From Polyangiaceae bacterium (GTDB lineage Bacteria; Myxococcota_A; Polyangia; Polyangiales; Polyangiaceae), in assembly GCA_050287085.1 (NCBI GenBank), contig JBNKBE010000002.1, positions 96,001 to 160,000 on the forward strand: 64,000 bases of DNA, read 5' to 3'. Positions 9,954 to 18,194 of the stretch are shown here, piece after piece; the first letter of the stretch is position 1, and the number at the start of each line of letters is the position of its first letter. The notes below the pieces were generated by a model. The model had not been told where the DNA came from. It ran no database searches and saw nothing but the letters and a program-made list of their open reading frames with translations. Both the position numbers and the translations under genes were made by a program.

Positions 9954-11210
9954 ATGACAGCACTCAACAGTTCAGAAATCGTGGTCGGGCTCGACGTCGG
10001 GAGCACCAAGGTATCGGCCGTTGTCGGTGAGGTGGACGCCGAAGGCATCACGATTCTCGGCGTTGGCAACGTGCCCTGTCGCGGCTTGCGCAAAGGGGTA
10101 GTCTCGAATATCGAGTGGACGGTACGGGCTATCCGCGAGGCGATTTCAGCAGCGCAGACGATGGCCGGAGTGGAGATCGGAACCGTCTACTTGGGCCTGG
10201 GTGGAGCGCACGTGCGCAGTCAGGGTTCCGAGGGGGTAGCCGCGATCTCGGGTCGCGAGGTGATGCCTATCGACGTCGAGCGGGTGTTGGAAGGTGCGCG
10301 CGCCGTACCCGTGGATACCGATCGCATGATTCTGCACGCATTGCCTCGGGAGTTCATCGTCGACAACCAAGATGGGGTCCGGGATCCGATCGGCATGAGC
10401 GGCGTTCGACTGCAGGCACGTGTGAATCTTGTCACCGGAGCCAGCGCGTCGGTGCAGAATGCGCAGCGTTGCGTAGAGCGTTGTGACATCGAAGTGGCTG
10501 ATGTTGCGCTGGCGGCGCTGGCCAGTGCTGATGCGGTGCTGAGCGACGACGAAAAAGAAATTGGCGTTGCCGTTATCGACATCGGGGGCGGCACAACGGA
10601 CATCATTCAATACCTCGAAGGCGCTATCGTCTATGCCAGCGTGCTGCCGGTGGGCGGCAACAATGTCACAAACGACGTGGCGGCTGGACTCCGCACGCCG
10701 ATGGCCGAAGCGGAGCGCCTCAAGCGCAACTCCGGGTGCGCACTCGGGCGGATGGTTGCCTCTGAGGAGGAAATCGAGGTGCCCGGCGTAGGTGGACACG
10801 CCCCGCGCAAGGTACCGCGCAAGGTCTTGAGCGATATCATCGAGCCTCGCGTCGAAGAGATCTTCACCGAGGTCCGTCATCGCATGGAGGAAAACGGGCT
10901 GATCGAGGCGATGTGCGCGGGGGTTGTGCTCACCGGGGGCGGCGTATTGCTCGAAGGCATGGTGGAAGCCGCCGAAGAGGTATTGGGTATGCCCGTTCGG
11001 CTCGGATACCCCTCTGGCGTGCGCGGGTTTACTCAGCTGGTGCAGGGGCCTCAATACGCGGCGGGTGTTGGGCTCGTGCGCTACGGGGCGCAGCGTCTTG
11101 CGGAACTCGACGCCTCGGCGGAGTATTCGGACTACGAGGAGACCTCCGCGGTGATCCCCCATGTTGCTTCCAAACGCACCTTCTGGACCTGGGTCAAGGA
11201 AGCTTTCTGA
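9954..11210 (+). CDS. ftsA: cell division protein FtsA
   Basis: GLDVGSTKV, GLRKGVV, DPIGMSGVRL, DIGGGTTD, AERLK, VLTGGG and the amphipathic tail FWTWVKEAF. Confidence 0.97.
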   Translation: MTALNSSEIVVGLDVGSTKVSAVVGEVDAEGITILGVGNVPCRGLRKGVVSNIEWTVRAIREAISAAQTMAGVEIGTVYLGLGGAHVRSQGSEGVAAISGREVMPIDVERVLEGARAVPVDTDRMILHALPREFIVDNQDGVRDPIGMSGVRLQARVNLVTGASASVQNAQRCVERCDIEVADVALAALASADAVLSDDEKEIGVAVIDIGGGTTDIIQYLEGAIVYASVLPVGGNNVTNDVAAGLRTPMAEAERLKRNSGCALGRMVASEEEIEVPGVGGHAPRKVPRKVLSDIIEPRVEEIFTEVRHRMEENGLIEAMCAGVVLTGGGVLLEGMVEAAEEVLGMPVRLGYPSGVRGFTQLVQGPQYAAGVGLVRYGAQRLAELDASAEYSDYEETSAVIPHVASKRTFWTWVKEAF

Positions 11211-11311
11211 GGACGACGGTGGCCTGCGCCTGCGGATCACTGGCCGGGCGCGTGTTCACGGGCTGGGAGGCGCCGTGCAGAGCGCGCCGGGCTCGACTCT
11301 TGCTCTGAAGC

Positions 11312-11336
11312 CAACGATTCCAGTCTTGAATCGTTG
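11312..11336. terminator. 9-bp perfect inverted repeat between convergent genes (terminator or operator)
   Basis: CAACGATTC-cagtctt-GAATCGTTG downstream of ftsA. There is no long U tract. Confidence 0.35.
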
Positions 11337-11436
11337 TTAATCCGTAGCCGGTGCGCGGGCCACGGAACGGCTCCACTTTGAGGCGCCGCGGCGTCTTGAG
11401 GGGCGCTTCTGGCGCTGGGGAAGCGGGTCGAGGGGG

Positions 11437-11781
11437 CTACTGAAAGCAGACCTGGTCGAAACGGGCGTTGGCGTCGAACACACCGGGGACACACTCGCAA
11501 CGGCCCGTGTCCGAATTGCACACCTGCCACGCTTCACACGTTCCGCTGCACGCAGGGCTGTCGGGTGGCGGACTGCTGTCGTCTGGCGGGCTGCTGTCGT
11601 CTGGCGGGCTGCTGTCGTCTGGCGGGGCGCCGCTGTCGGGTGGCGAGTCGTTCCCGCTGGGCGTGTTGTCCGTCGCCAGCGAGGCGTCAGGCGCAGTGCC
11701 CTGCACCTGCGGTTCTTCCACGGTGCAATTGCTTAGCATTGCCGCAATGACGACCGAGGAAAGGCGATGGAATTGGGCCAA
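11437..11781 (-). CDS. small lipoprotein with a PPDDSS-repeat stalk and a 6-Cys EGF-like C-terminal domain
   Basis: VVIAAMLSNC lipobox and C-x3-C-x5-C-x6-C-x-C-x14-C. The TTG start is uncertain. Confidence 0.65.
   Translation of the reverse strand: MAQFHRLSSVVIAAMLSNCTVEEPQVQGTAPDASLATDNTPSGNDSPPDSGAPPDDSSPPDDSSPPDDSSPPPDSPACSGTCEAWQVCNSDTGRCECVPGVFDANARFDQVCFQ
11566..11619. repeat. 18-bp tandem repeat x3 with degenerate flanks
   Basis: TGGCGGRCTGCTGTCGTC x3, encoding PPDDSS on the minus strand. Confidence 0.9.
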
Positions 11782-11995
11782 AGGGTAGCGCTAGCGCATT
11801 TGACCTATTGTCACACGGTTTTTCGCCTGGACGCAAAGCGCGCGAGGGAAGGGGGAACGAGAGGGTTTCAGCTCTCTTCCTTCGCACCCTTTCGCTCGAC
11901 CTCGCCCTTCGCTACCTTGTTGTCCGGGTCGTTGCGGGGATACTGCGACTGCCGCGAGTATTCTAGAACCCCTCCCGAACGAGAACGCTCTGACC

Positions 11996-14038
11996 ATGAA
12001 GCCACTGATCCAACTCATTTGTGTTCTTTCCTGGGGGCTGCTGAGCGTTGCTTGCGGCTCCGCGCCGGGGGGGCAGCCACTGACCCAGCCGACAACAGCT
12101 GCTGCGAGCTTGGCGTCGAGCAGCGTGCCCCCGGCGGACGCTGCGCTGAGTGTCTCATCGCCCGCCGCGCCGGTTGCGAACCACTTTTCCTACGCCGCCT
12201 TGTTGCCTGATGTCGTCACAAGCTTGGGTGCCGCGGCAACCCGCGATCACCTGTATTGGCTAGGCGGGTACTCGGGGACACCTCATCACTATGTGGCTGA
12301 AGACCAGAGCGACCGCTTCACGCGCATGAACTTGCACACGGGGGCGGTCGAGTCGCTCGCCTCTTCCGGACGGCTGCAGAGCGCCTCGCTCAGCGAATGG
12401 CGAGGCCAGTTGTTTCGGGTCGGCGGGTTGCGGATTGAAAACCGGCGTGGAGAGCCCACCCGCTTGCGAAGCGTGGCCGAGGTGGCCGTCTTCGACCCTG
12501 CCCTGGGGAGCTGGCGTGAGCTAAGCGCTCTGCCGGAAGCTCGCTCCTCTCACCAGGCAGCGTTCGTTGGCAACAAGCTATTTGTTGTGGGGGGATGGAA
12601 GCTGGATGGGGACATGGGCAGCGGCCGTTGGCACGATGACATGCTGGTGGCCGATGTGACGGAGTCTCCGCTGCGCTGGCAGTCGGTGCCGACGCCTTTC
12701 AAGGTGCGCGCACTCGGACTGGCTGCCTTGGACAATGCGTTGTACGCCCTGGGCGGGATCGTGGGCCGTGCCGAGCGCGACGCGACCTTCGTTTTTGATC
12801 TGGCGTCGGCCACCTGGCACGCTGGTCCGCGGCTTCCGGAAGCGGGCATCGGTTTCAGCGCGGCAAGCCTCGAGGGCGCCGTTTACGCGTCGGGGGCCTC
12901 GGGTCGGGTATACCGACTCCAGGCCGGGGCGGATGCCTGGACGACCGTGGGTGAACTGGCTTTCCCACGGTTCTTTCATCAGATGGTCAGCCAAGGGAAC
13001 GAGCGCATACTCTTCGTGGGGGGGATCCCGGGAGATCATCACGGCGCGCGCATCGCGCACGTAGAAGCCTTGAGCGTGACGCCTGCCGCCTCGCCTTGGA
13101 TCACCTGGACGGTACGCTCGGAGGTCCAAGGCAAGAATCGCCAGGGACTGTTCTTGAATGGCAATCAGTTGTACATCTTTGGCGGTAATCGGGCCCTTGG
13201 CCAGCACGACTTTGCCCCGGACAACTTTCTCGCCGAGGCGTTCCGCTTGGATCTCGGCTCCTTCGCCTGGAAGTCATTGCCGCCATTCCCTGCTGCTAGG
13301 CAAAGCATGGTGACCGCGAGCGCGGAGGATGACGGCTTCTTGGCGCTTGGGGGGTTTGGTCCCGAAGCGGGTGCCTTGCGCTCCTTCAGCGACGTGTTTC
13401 GCTTTGACCTGCGCGGTGAAACTTGGACACCCTCCGCGCCCCTACCCGAAGCGCGCACTCAGTTTGGACTGGCCACGACAGCTGACGAGGCGTGGGTCTT
13501 CGGAGGACTCAACTACGATGACCGCAGACCGGGGAAAGCGGCATTTGTGCACCCGTTGTCGCTGCTTTGGGGAACGCGTACCGAGGGCGGGTACGCGCTC
13601 ACCGTCGCTCAGGCGCAGTTACCCCACGAGCGGCGCGCTTTCGCCGGGGCGCAGCTGGGTTCTCGCTACTACATCGTGGGGGGCATGGGCGACGGATTCG
13701 AGCTGGTGGACGGCGCCCTTGTTTTCGATCTGACGACTCGTACCTGGCAGTCTATGCCGCCTCCCAGAGCCACTCGCCTCGGTGCGGAGCTCGTTGCATT
13801 GGGGCGTCGTCTGTACTTGGTCGGCGGGCGAGTTCGCGGCGCAGACGGCAAACTGGAGTTCGAACGCGCTATCGAGGTATTCGATACCGAAACCGGGAGC
13901 TGGAGCGTCCATGCTCAGCGTTTGCCGATGACAGAGCTCGCGCACCTCCGTGTTCTGGCGTTTCGAGAGCGACTTCTGATGTACAGTGCGCAGCGGCAGG
14001 ACGGCCGAGTGGAGCTCAGTCTATTGGATCCGCGCTAG
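11996..14038 (+). CDS. Kelch-repeat lipoprotein, probably two beta-propellers
   Basis: Lipobox LSVAC and about 12 Kelch GG...W units (LYWLGG, LFRVGG, LFVVGG, LYALGG, ILFVGG, LYIFGG, AWVFGG, YYIVGG, LYLVGG). Confidence 0.85.
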   Translation: MKPLIQLICVLSWGLLSVACGSAPGGQPLTQPTTAAASLASSSVPPADAALSVSSPAAPVANHFSYAALLPDVVTSLGAAATRDHLYWLGGYSGTPHHYVAEDQSDRFTRMNLHTGAVESLASSGRLQSASLSEWRGQLFRVGGLRIENRRGEPTRLRSVAEVAVFDPALGSWRELSALPEARSSHQAAFVGNKLFVVGGWKLDGDMGSGRWHDDMLVADVTESPLRWQSVPTPFKVRALGLAALDNALYALGGIVGRAERDATFVFDLASATWHAGPRLPEAGIGFSAASLEGAVYASGASGRVYRLQAGADAWTTVGELAFPRFFHQMVSQGNERILFVGGIPGDHHGARIAHVEALSVTPAASPWITWTVRSEVQGKNRQGLFLNGNQLYIFGGNRALGQHDFAPDNFLAEAFRLDLGSFAWKSLPPFPAARQSMVTASAEDDGFLALGGFGPEAGALRSFSDVFRFDLRGETWTPSAPLPEARTQFGLATTADEAWVFGGLNYDDRRPGKAAFVHPLSLLWGTRTEGGYALTVAQAQLPHERRAFAGAQLGSRYYIVGGMGDGFELVDGALVFDLTTRTWQSMPPPRATRLGAELVALGRRLYLVGGRVRGADGKLEFERAIEVFDTETGSWSVHAQRLPMTELAHLRVLAFRERLLMYSAQRQDGRVELSLLDPR

Positions 14039-14129
14039 GGGCGCCCTCGAGCCCGCCCCGGACCTGAGCCGGGCCGGGTGGACTGGGCCGCCCTTTACAG
14101 GGTGGTGGTTCGTCTTTTAAACCGGCGGC

Positions 14130-16484
14130 ATGTTTCATTTTGCTGACGGAGGCGCCCGCTACGTACTGGCGTCCGCGACTGAGTTGCCGCGTGCCAGCGC
14201 GTTTCTTTGGAACCGGCAGATGATGTTCCAGATCAGCTGTCGCGGCTATGCGGTGGCTCAGTTCATGCAGCCTGAGCCGACGAAGTACGCGCACGTACCT
14301 ACTTTGGCGGGGGTGCACTTCATGTTGCCCGAGGAGCAACCCTTTGCGCACCACCCGGGGCGCTTCTTCTACGTGCGCGATGACGAGTCAGGCGAGTTGT
14401 TCTCGGCGCCCTACGAACCGGTTCGGAAGAAGATGGATCGCTTTGAATTCGCTCCCGGGACCCACGATATTCGCTGGCATGTGGAGTGCGGGGGCATAGC
14501 CGTGGAGCTTGTTGTGTCCTTGCCCGCGGAAGGAACCTTCGAGCTCTGGAGCGCCACGGTGCGCAACCTATCAGGGCGAGTCCGGCGGGTGAGCTTAGTG
14601 CCCTACTTTCCAGTCGGATTCTCATCGTGGATGAATATGAGCGCGGGGTACGAGCCCGCGGTCAACGGAATTGTGGCGCGGCGCGTTGCGGCCTATCAAC
14701 GTACGGAAGACTATTTCAAGCAGAAGGACTTCAAGGAGCTGACATTTCTCGTGTCTGATCGAACGCCGGTGGCTTGGGAAGCCAATCAAGCGGCGTTTGA
14801 AGGCGAAGGCCACCTGAGCGCCCCCGCGGCGCTCTCTCAGCCTGAGCTCGGCTGTGGTGATGCGCTTCACGAGATTCCCACTTGTGCGCTACAATATAGG
14901 TTCGAGCTGACGCCGGACGCGCGCGAAGATGTGACGTTGGCATTTGGGGCCGCGCGCACGCTAGCTGAGGTTGCCGCCATCGCTCGCACGTGTTCTGCCC
15001 CCGAGCGGGTGGAGTTCTGCCGGCGCGAGTACCAGGGCTACCTCTCGAGCGGGCGAGGGTGTGTGCAGGTGGAGGTGCCTGATGAGTACTTCCAGAATTT
15101 CGTGAATCACTGGCTTCCGCGTCAGGTGTTCTATCACGGTGATACGCAGCGCCTTTCGACCGACCCGCAGACGCGCAACTATTTACAAGACGCCATGGGG
15201 ACGGTGTACGTGGATGCGTCACGTGCGCGCCGCGTGCTGCTTCACGCGCTCTCTCAGCAAAAGAGCAGTGGGCAGATGCCAGATGGTGTGGTGTTGGTGC
15301 CGGGGGCGGAGCTGAAGTACATCAATCGCATCCCACACACCGATCACTCGGTATGGCTTGTCCTGCTGACGGAAGCCTATCTTGCAGAAACCGGGGACTA
15401 TGCGGTCCTGAACGAACGGGTGCCTTTTGTGGACGGGGCCGAGACGACGGTGCTTCGGCACTTGGAGCTCAGCTTGCAGTGGTTGCTACAGGACCGCGAC
15501 GCCAGAGGCCTGTCGTACATCGCCCAAGGTGATTGGTGTGATCCAATGAATATGGTGGGCTACCGAGGGCAGGGCGTTTCGGGATGGCTGACCGAGGCGT
15601 TGTGCTACGCGCTCCGCAGCTGGGAGACGATCTGTCAGAGTATCGGCCGAAACGACTTGGCCACCGTTGCAGCCGAAGCTTCCAGGGAACTCGTGGAGGT
15701 GATCAACCAATGGCTATGGGATGGCTCCTGGTACGCTCGCGGGATCACAGATGAGGGCAGAAGGTTTGGCGTACAGGCAGACGCGGAAGGGCAGATATTT
15801 CTCAATACGCAGAGCTTTGCGTTGCTGGCTGGAGCGCCCAGCGCGGAGCAGCAAGCACGCTTGCTGGCCGCGGTGGATGACCGCTTGCTGGGACCCTTTG
15901 GCGTCGAACTGCTGGCTCCTTCATTTACCAGCATGCGCGAGGACATCGGGCGGGTTACGCAGAAGTTCCCCGGCACGGCCGAAAACGGCAGCGTCTACAA
16001 TCACGCGGCTGCGTTTTATGCGGCAGCCCTCTATCAAGTTCGCGAGGCGGAGCGGGCGTTTGAGGTGCTGCGCAAGATGATTCCGGGTCCCGCTCCGGAG
16101 GACCTGATGCGGCGGGGACAACTGCCGGTGTTCATACCCAACTACTATCGCGGTGCTCATCGCCAGTTTCCGCGGACGGCAGGGCGCTCCAGCCAGCTGT
16201 TCAACACCGGTACGGTGGCTTGGTTCTACCGAGCGCTCGTGGAGCGCCTCTTGGGGTTGCGGGGCTCAGCGGAGGGACTGGTGATCGATCCTCAGCTGCC
16301 GGCGGCCTGGCCGCACGCGCGGGCTTGGCGACGGTTTCGGGGAGCCGAGCTCGAGGTGGAGTATCGCCGTGCAGCAGGCGCGCCGCTCACCGTGCAGCTC
16401 GATGGGGTGGTCCTGCCGGAGCGGGTGCTGCGCGAGGTCGTGCCCGGACGGCGTTACCAATTGTTGGTCACGCTGCCAGGGTAG
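14130..16484 (+). CDS. GH94 glycoside phosphorylase, cellobionic acid phosphorylase (NdvB)-like
   Basis: FLWNRQMMFQISCRGYAVAQFMQPEPTKYAH, DPQTRNYLQD, catalytic GDWCDPMN, ENGSVYNHA and GRSSQLFNTGT. Confidence 0.85.
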   Translation: MFHFADGGARYVLASATELPRASAFLWNRQMMFQISCRGYAVAQFMQPEPTKYAHVPTLAGVHFMLPEEQPFAHHPGRFFYVRDDESGELFSAPYEPVRKKMDRFEFAPGTHDIRWHVECGGIAVELVVSLPAEGTFELWSATVRNLSGRVRRVSLVPYFPVGFSSWMNMSAGYEPAVNGIVARRVAAYQRTEDYFKQKDFKELTFLVSDRTPVAWEANQAAFEGEGHLSAPAALSQPELGCGDALHEIPTCALQYRFELTPDAREDVTLAFGAARTLAEVAAIARTCSAPERVEFCRREYQGYLSSGRGCVQVEVPDEYFQNFVNHWLPRQVFYHGDTQRLSTDPQTRNYLQDAMGTVYVDASRARRVLLHALSQQKSSGQMPDGVVLVPGAELKYINRIPHTDHSVWLVLLTEAYLAETGDYAVLNERVPFVDGAETTVLRHLELSLQWLLQDRDARGLSYIAQGDWCDPMNMVGYRGQGVSGWLTEALCYALRSWETICQSIGRNDLATVAAEASRELVEVINQWLWDGSWYARGITDEGRRFGVQADAEGQIFLNTQSFALLAGAPSAEQQARLLAAVDDRLLGPFGVELLAPSFTSMREDIGRVTQKFPGTAENGSVYNHAAAFYAAALYQVREAERAFEVLRKMIPGPAPEDLMRRGQLPVFIPNYYRGAHRQFPRTAGRSSQLFNTGTVAWFYRALVERLLGLRGSAEGLVIDPQLPAAWPHARAWRRFRGAELEVEYRRAAGAPLTVQLDGVVLPERVLREVVPGRRYQLLVTLPG

Positions 16485-16804
16485 AAAACGAGCGGCTGCC
16501 CGCGACGCAAAGCGATCGAGCGCCAAAGCTTTGCCCCCAAACCTTTGGGCTGGGCAATCGGTGCGGTGGCCGGGGCATAGGACTTACGGAAACGCTTGAT
16601 TTTCGGCTTCCGTAAGCCGGGGCTTCGCTGGCTAACGATGTAGGTCTGAAAGTACTTACGAAAATACTCTCGCCACTTATTTGCCTCGATCACTCTGCCT
16701 GAGCCTATAGGACGCCCCGACGGCTCGGCCTGCAAGTTTCTTGACGGGCCCGCCCCGTTCAGTCGTCAGAAACAAGCGCAGCCGACTTGCTGGAGAAACA
16801 AGCC

Positions 16805-18154
16805 ATGGGATTTTCGATCGAGTTCGCCGAGGAGATGCAACAGTATCAGGCCCGAATCAAGGTGGTGGGCTGCGGCGGCGCCGGTGGCAACGCCATCAAC
16901 ACTATGATTCAGTACGGTCTGGAAGGCGTTGAGTTCATCGCCGTCAATACCGACGCGCAGGCGCTGGCGGACAACCTCGCTGGCGTGAAGATCGCCATCG
17001 GGCAGAATCTAACGCGCGGGCTCGGGGCCGGGGCTGATCCGGAAAAAGGGCGCAAGGCCGCCATGGAAGACATCAACCGTCTGAAAGACGCGCTTGCCGG
17101 CGCGGACATGGTGTTTGTCACGGGTGGCATGGGCGGCGGGACTGGCACTGGCGCGGCTCCGGTAGTGGCTCAGTTGGCCCGCGAGGAAGGTGCGCTAACG
17201 GTTGGCGTCGTGACCAAGCCCTTTGTCTTCGAAGGGCGGATGCGGGCTCGCCGCGGCGAAGCCGGTCTAGCCGCGTTGAGTGAGCACGTCGACACCCTGA
17301 TCACGATCCCCAATCAGAAGCTTCTAGCTCTGGGGGACGCGGACATGACCTTCGTTGACGCTTTTCACAAGGCGGACGAAGTGCTGTTTCAGGCGGTTCA
17401 AGGGATCAGTGACCTCATTACTCAGGTTAGCGTGGTGAACGTGGACTTTGCCGATGTGCGCACCATCATGCAACAGCATCGAGGCCGGGCATTGATGGGC
17501 AGCGCTTGCGCCAAGGGCGAAGGGCGAGCTCGTCATGCGGCAGAGCAAGCAGTGACCTCGCCGCTGCTCGAAGAGGTTTCGGTGGATGGGGCCACGGGGG
17601 TTCTGCTCAACATCGTAGGCGGCCCGGACATGAGCATGCGGGAGATTGAAGAGGCGGCCTCTTATGTCCAGGAGATGGCTCACGAGGACGCCGACATCAT
17701 CTTCGGCGCGGCCATCAATGAGGAAATGGGCGACATGATGAAGGTCACGGTCGTCGCCACCGGGTTTGATAGGTCCGCTGAAGAACCGGCGGCACTGCTC
17801 AGCCAGGCAGCGCGCCAGCCGTTCGAACAGTCGCGCCACGAGCCGGCTCGCTACGCGGCTCCCAGCGAGACGCGCGCTTCGTATCCCGCTGCGCGCCAGT
17901 CGGGGGGCTATTCGGCTTCCGGAAACTACCCGGCACCCCCCAGCCATCCTGTCGCCGAACACTCGGTGCCGGCGCCGGCTGCCTATGGGCGTCAGAGCCA
18001 CCCCCCACTGCCTGACGCACTTCGTGGCGCAGCGACGAGTGGTCAGGGTGCGACTGCGCCGGCCTTGCGTGAGCGGATCGCGTTTCCGCCGCGCCGTTCG
18101 GACGCCGATTGGGACGTGCCGACCTTTCAGCGACGCATTCAGGGTCGCGACTGA
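16805..18154 (+). CDS. ftsZ: cell division protein FtsZ
   Basis: [29 protein letters not shown] and C-terminal core [18 protein letters not shown] before ATG 16805. Confidence 0.98.
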   Translation: MGFSIEFAEEMQQYQARIKVVGCGGAGGNAINTMIQYGLEGVEFIAVNTDAQALADNLAGVKIAIGQNLTRGLGAGADPEKGRKAAMEDINRLKDALAGADMVFVTGGMGGGTGTGAAPVVAQLAREEGALTVGVVTKPFVFEGRMRARRGEAGLAALSEHVDTLITIPNQKLLALGDADMTFVDAFHKADEVLFQAVQGISDLITQVSVVNVDFADVRTIMQQHRGRALMGSACAKGEGRARHAAEQAVTSPLLEEVSVDGATGVLLNIVGGPDMSMREIEEAASYVQEMAHEDADIIFGAAINEEMGDMMKVTVVATGFDRSAEEPAALLSQAARQPFEQSRHEPARYAAPSETRASYPAARQSGGYSASGNYPAPPSHPVAEHSVPAPAAYGRQSHPPLPDALRGAATSGQGATAPALRERIAFPPRRSDADWDVPTFQRRIQGRD

Positions 18155-18159
18155 CGCGC

Positions 18160-18192
18160 GGAGGCGTGCCGGCGCTTGGGGGAAGCGCCTCC
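18160..18192. terminator. GC-rich hairpin between convergent ftsZ and ggt
   Basis: GGCGCTT-ggggg-AAGCGCC, with alternative pairing GGAGGCG/CGCCTCC. No U tract. Confidence 0.35.
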
Positions 18193-18194
18193 GG

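Noticed and set aside
10146..11240. Long antisense ORFs, e.g. opposite ftsA, ftsZ, atpD and mscS
   Set aside because: These are expected shadows of high-GC3 coding strands and have no recognisable motifs.
437..16804. Prophage, integrative element or defence island inside the dcw cluster
   Set aside because: No integrase, transposase, phage or recognisable defence gene, no tRNA target and no convincing long direct repeats.
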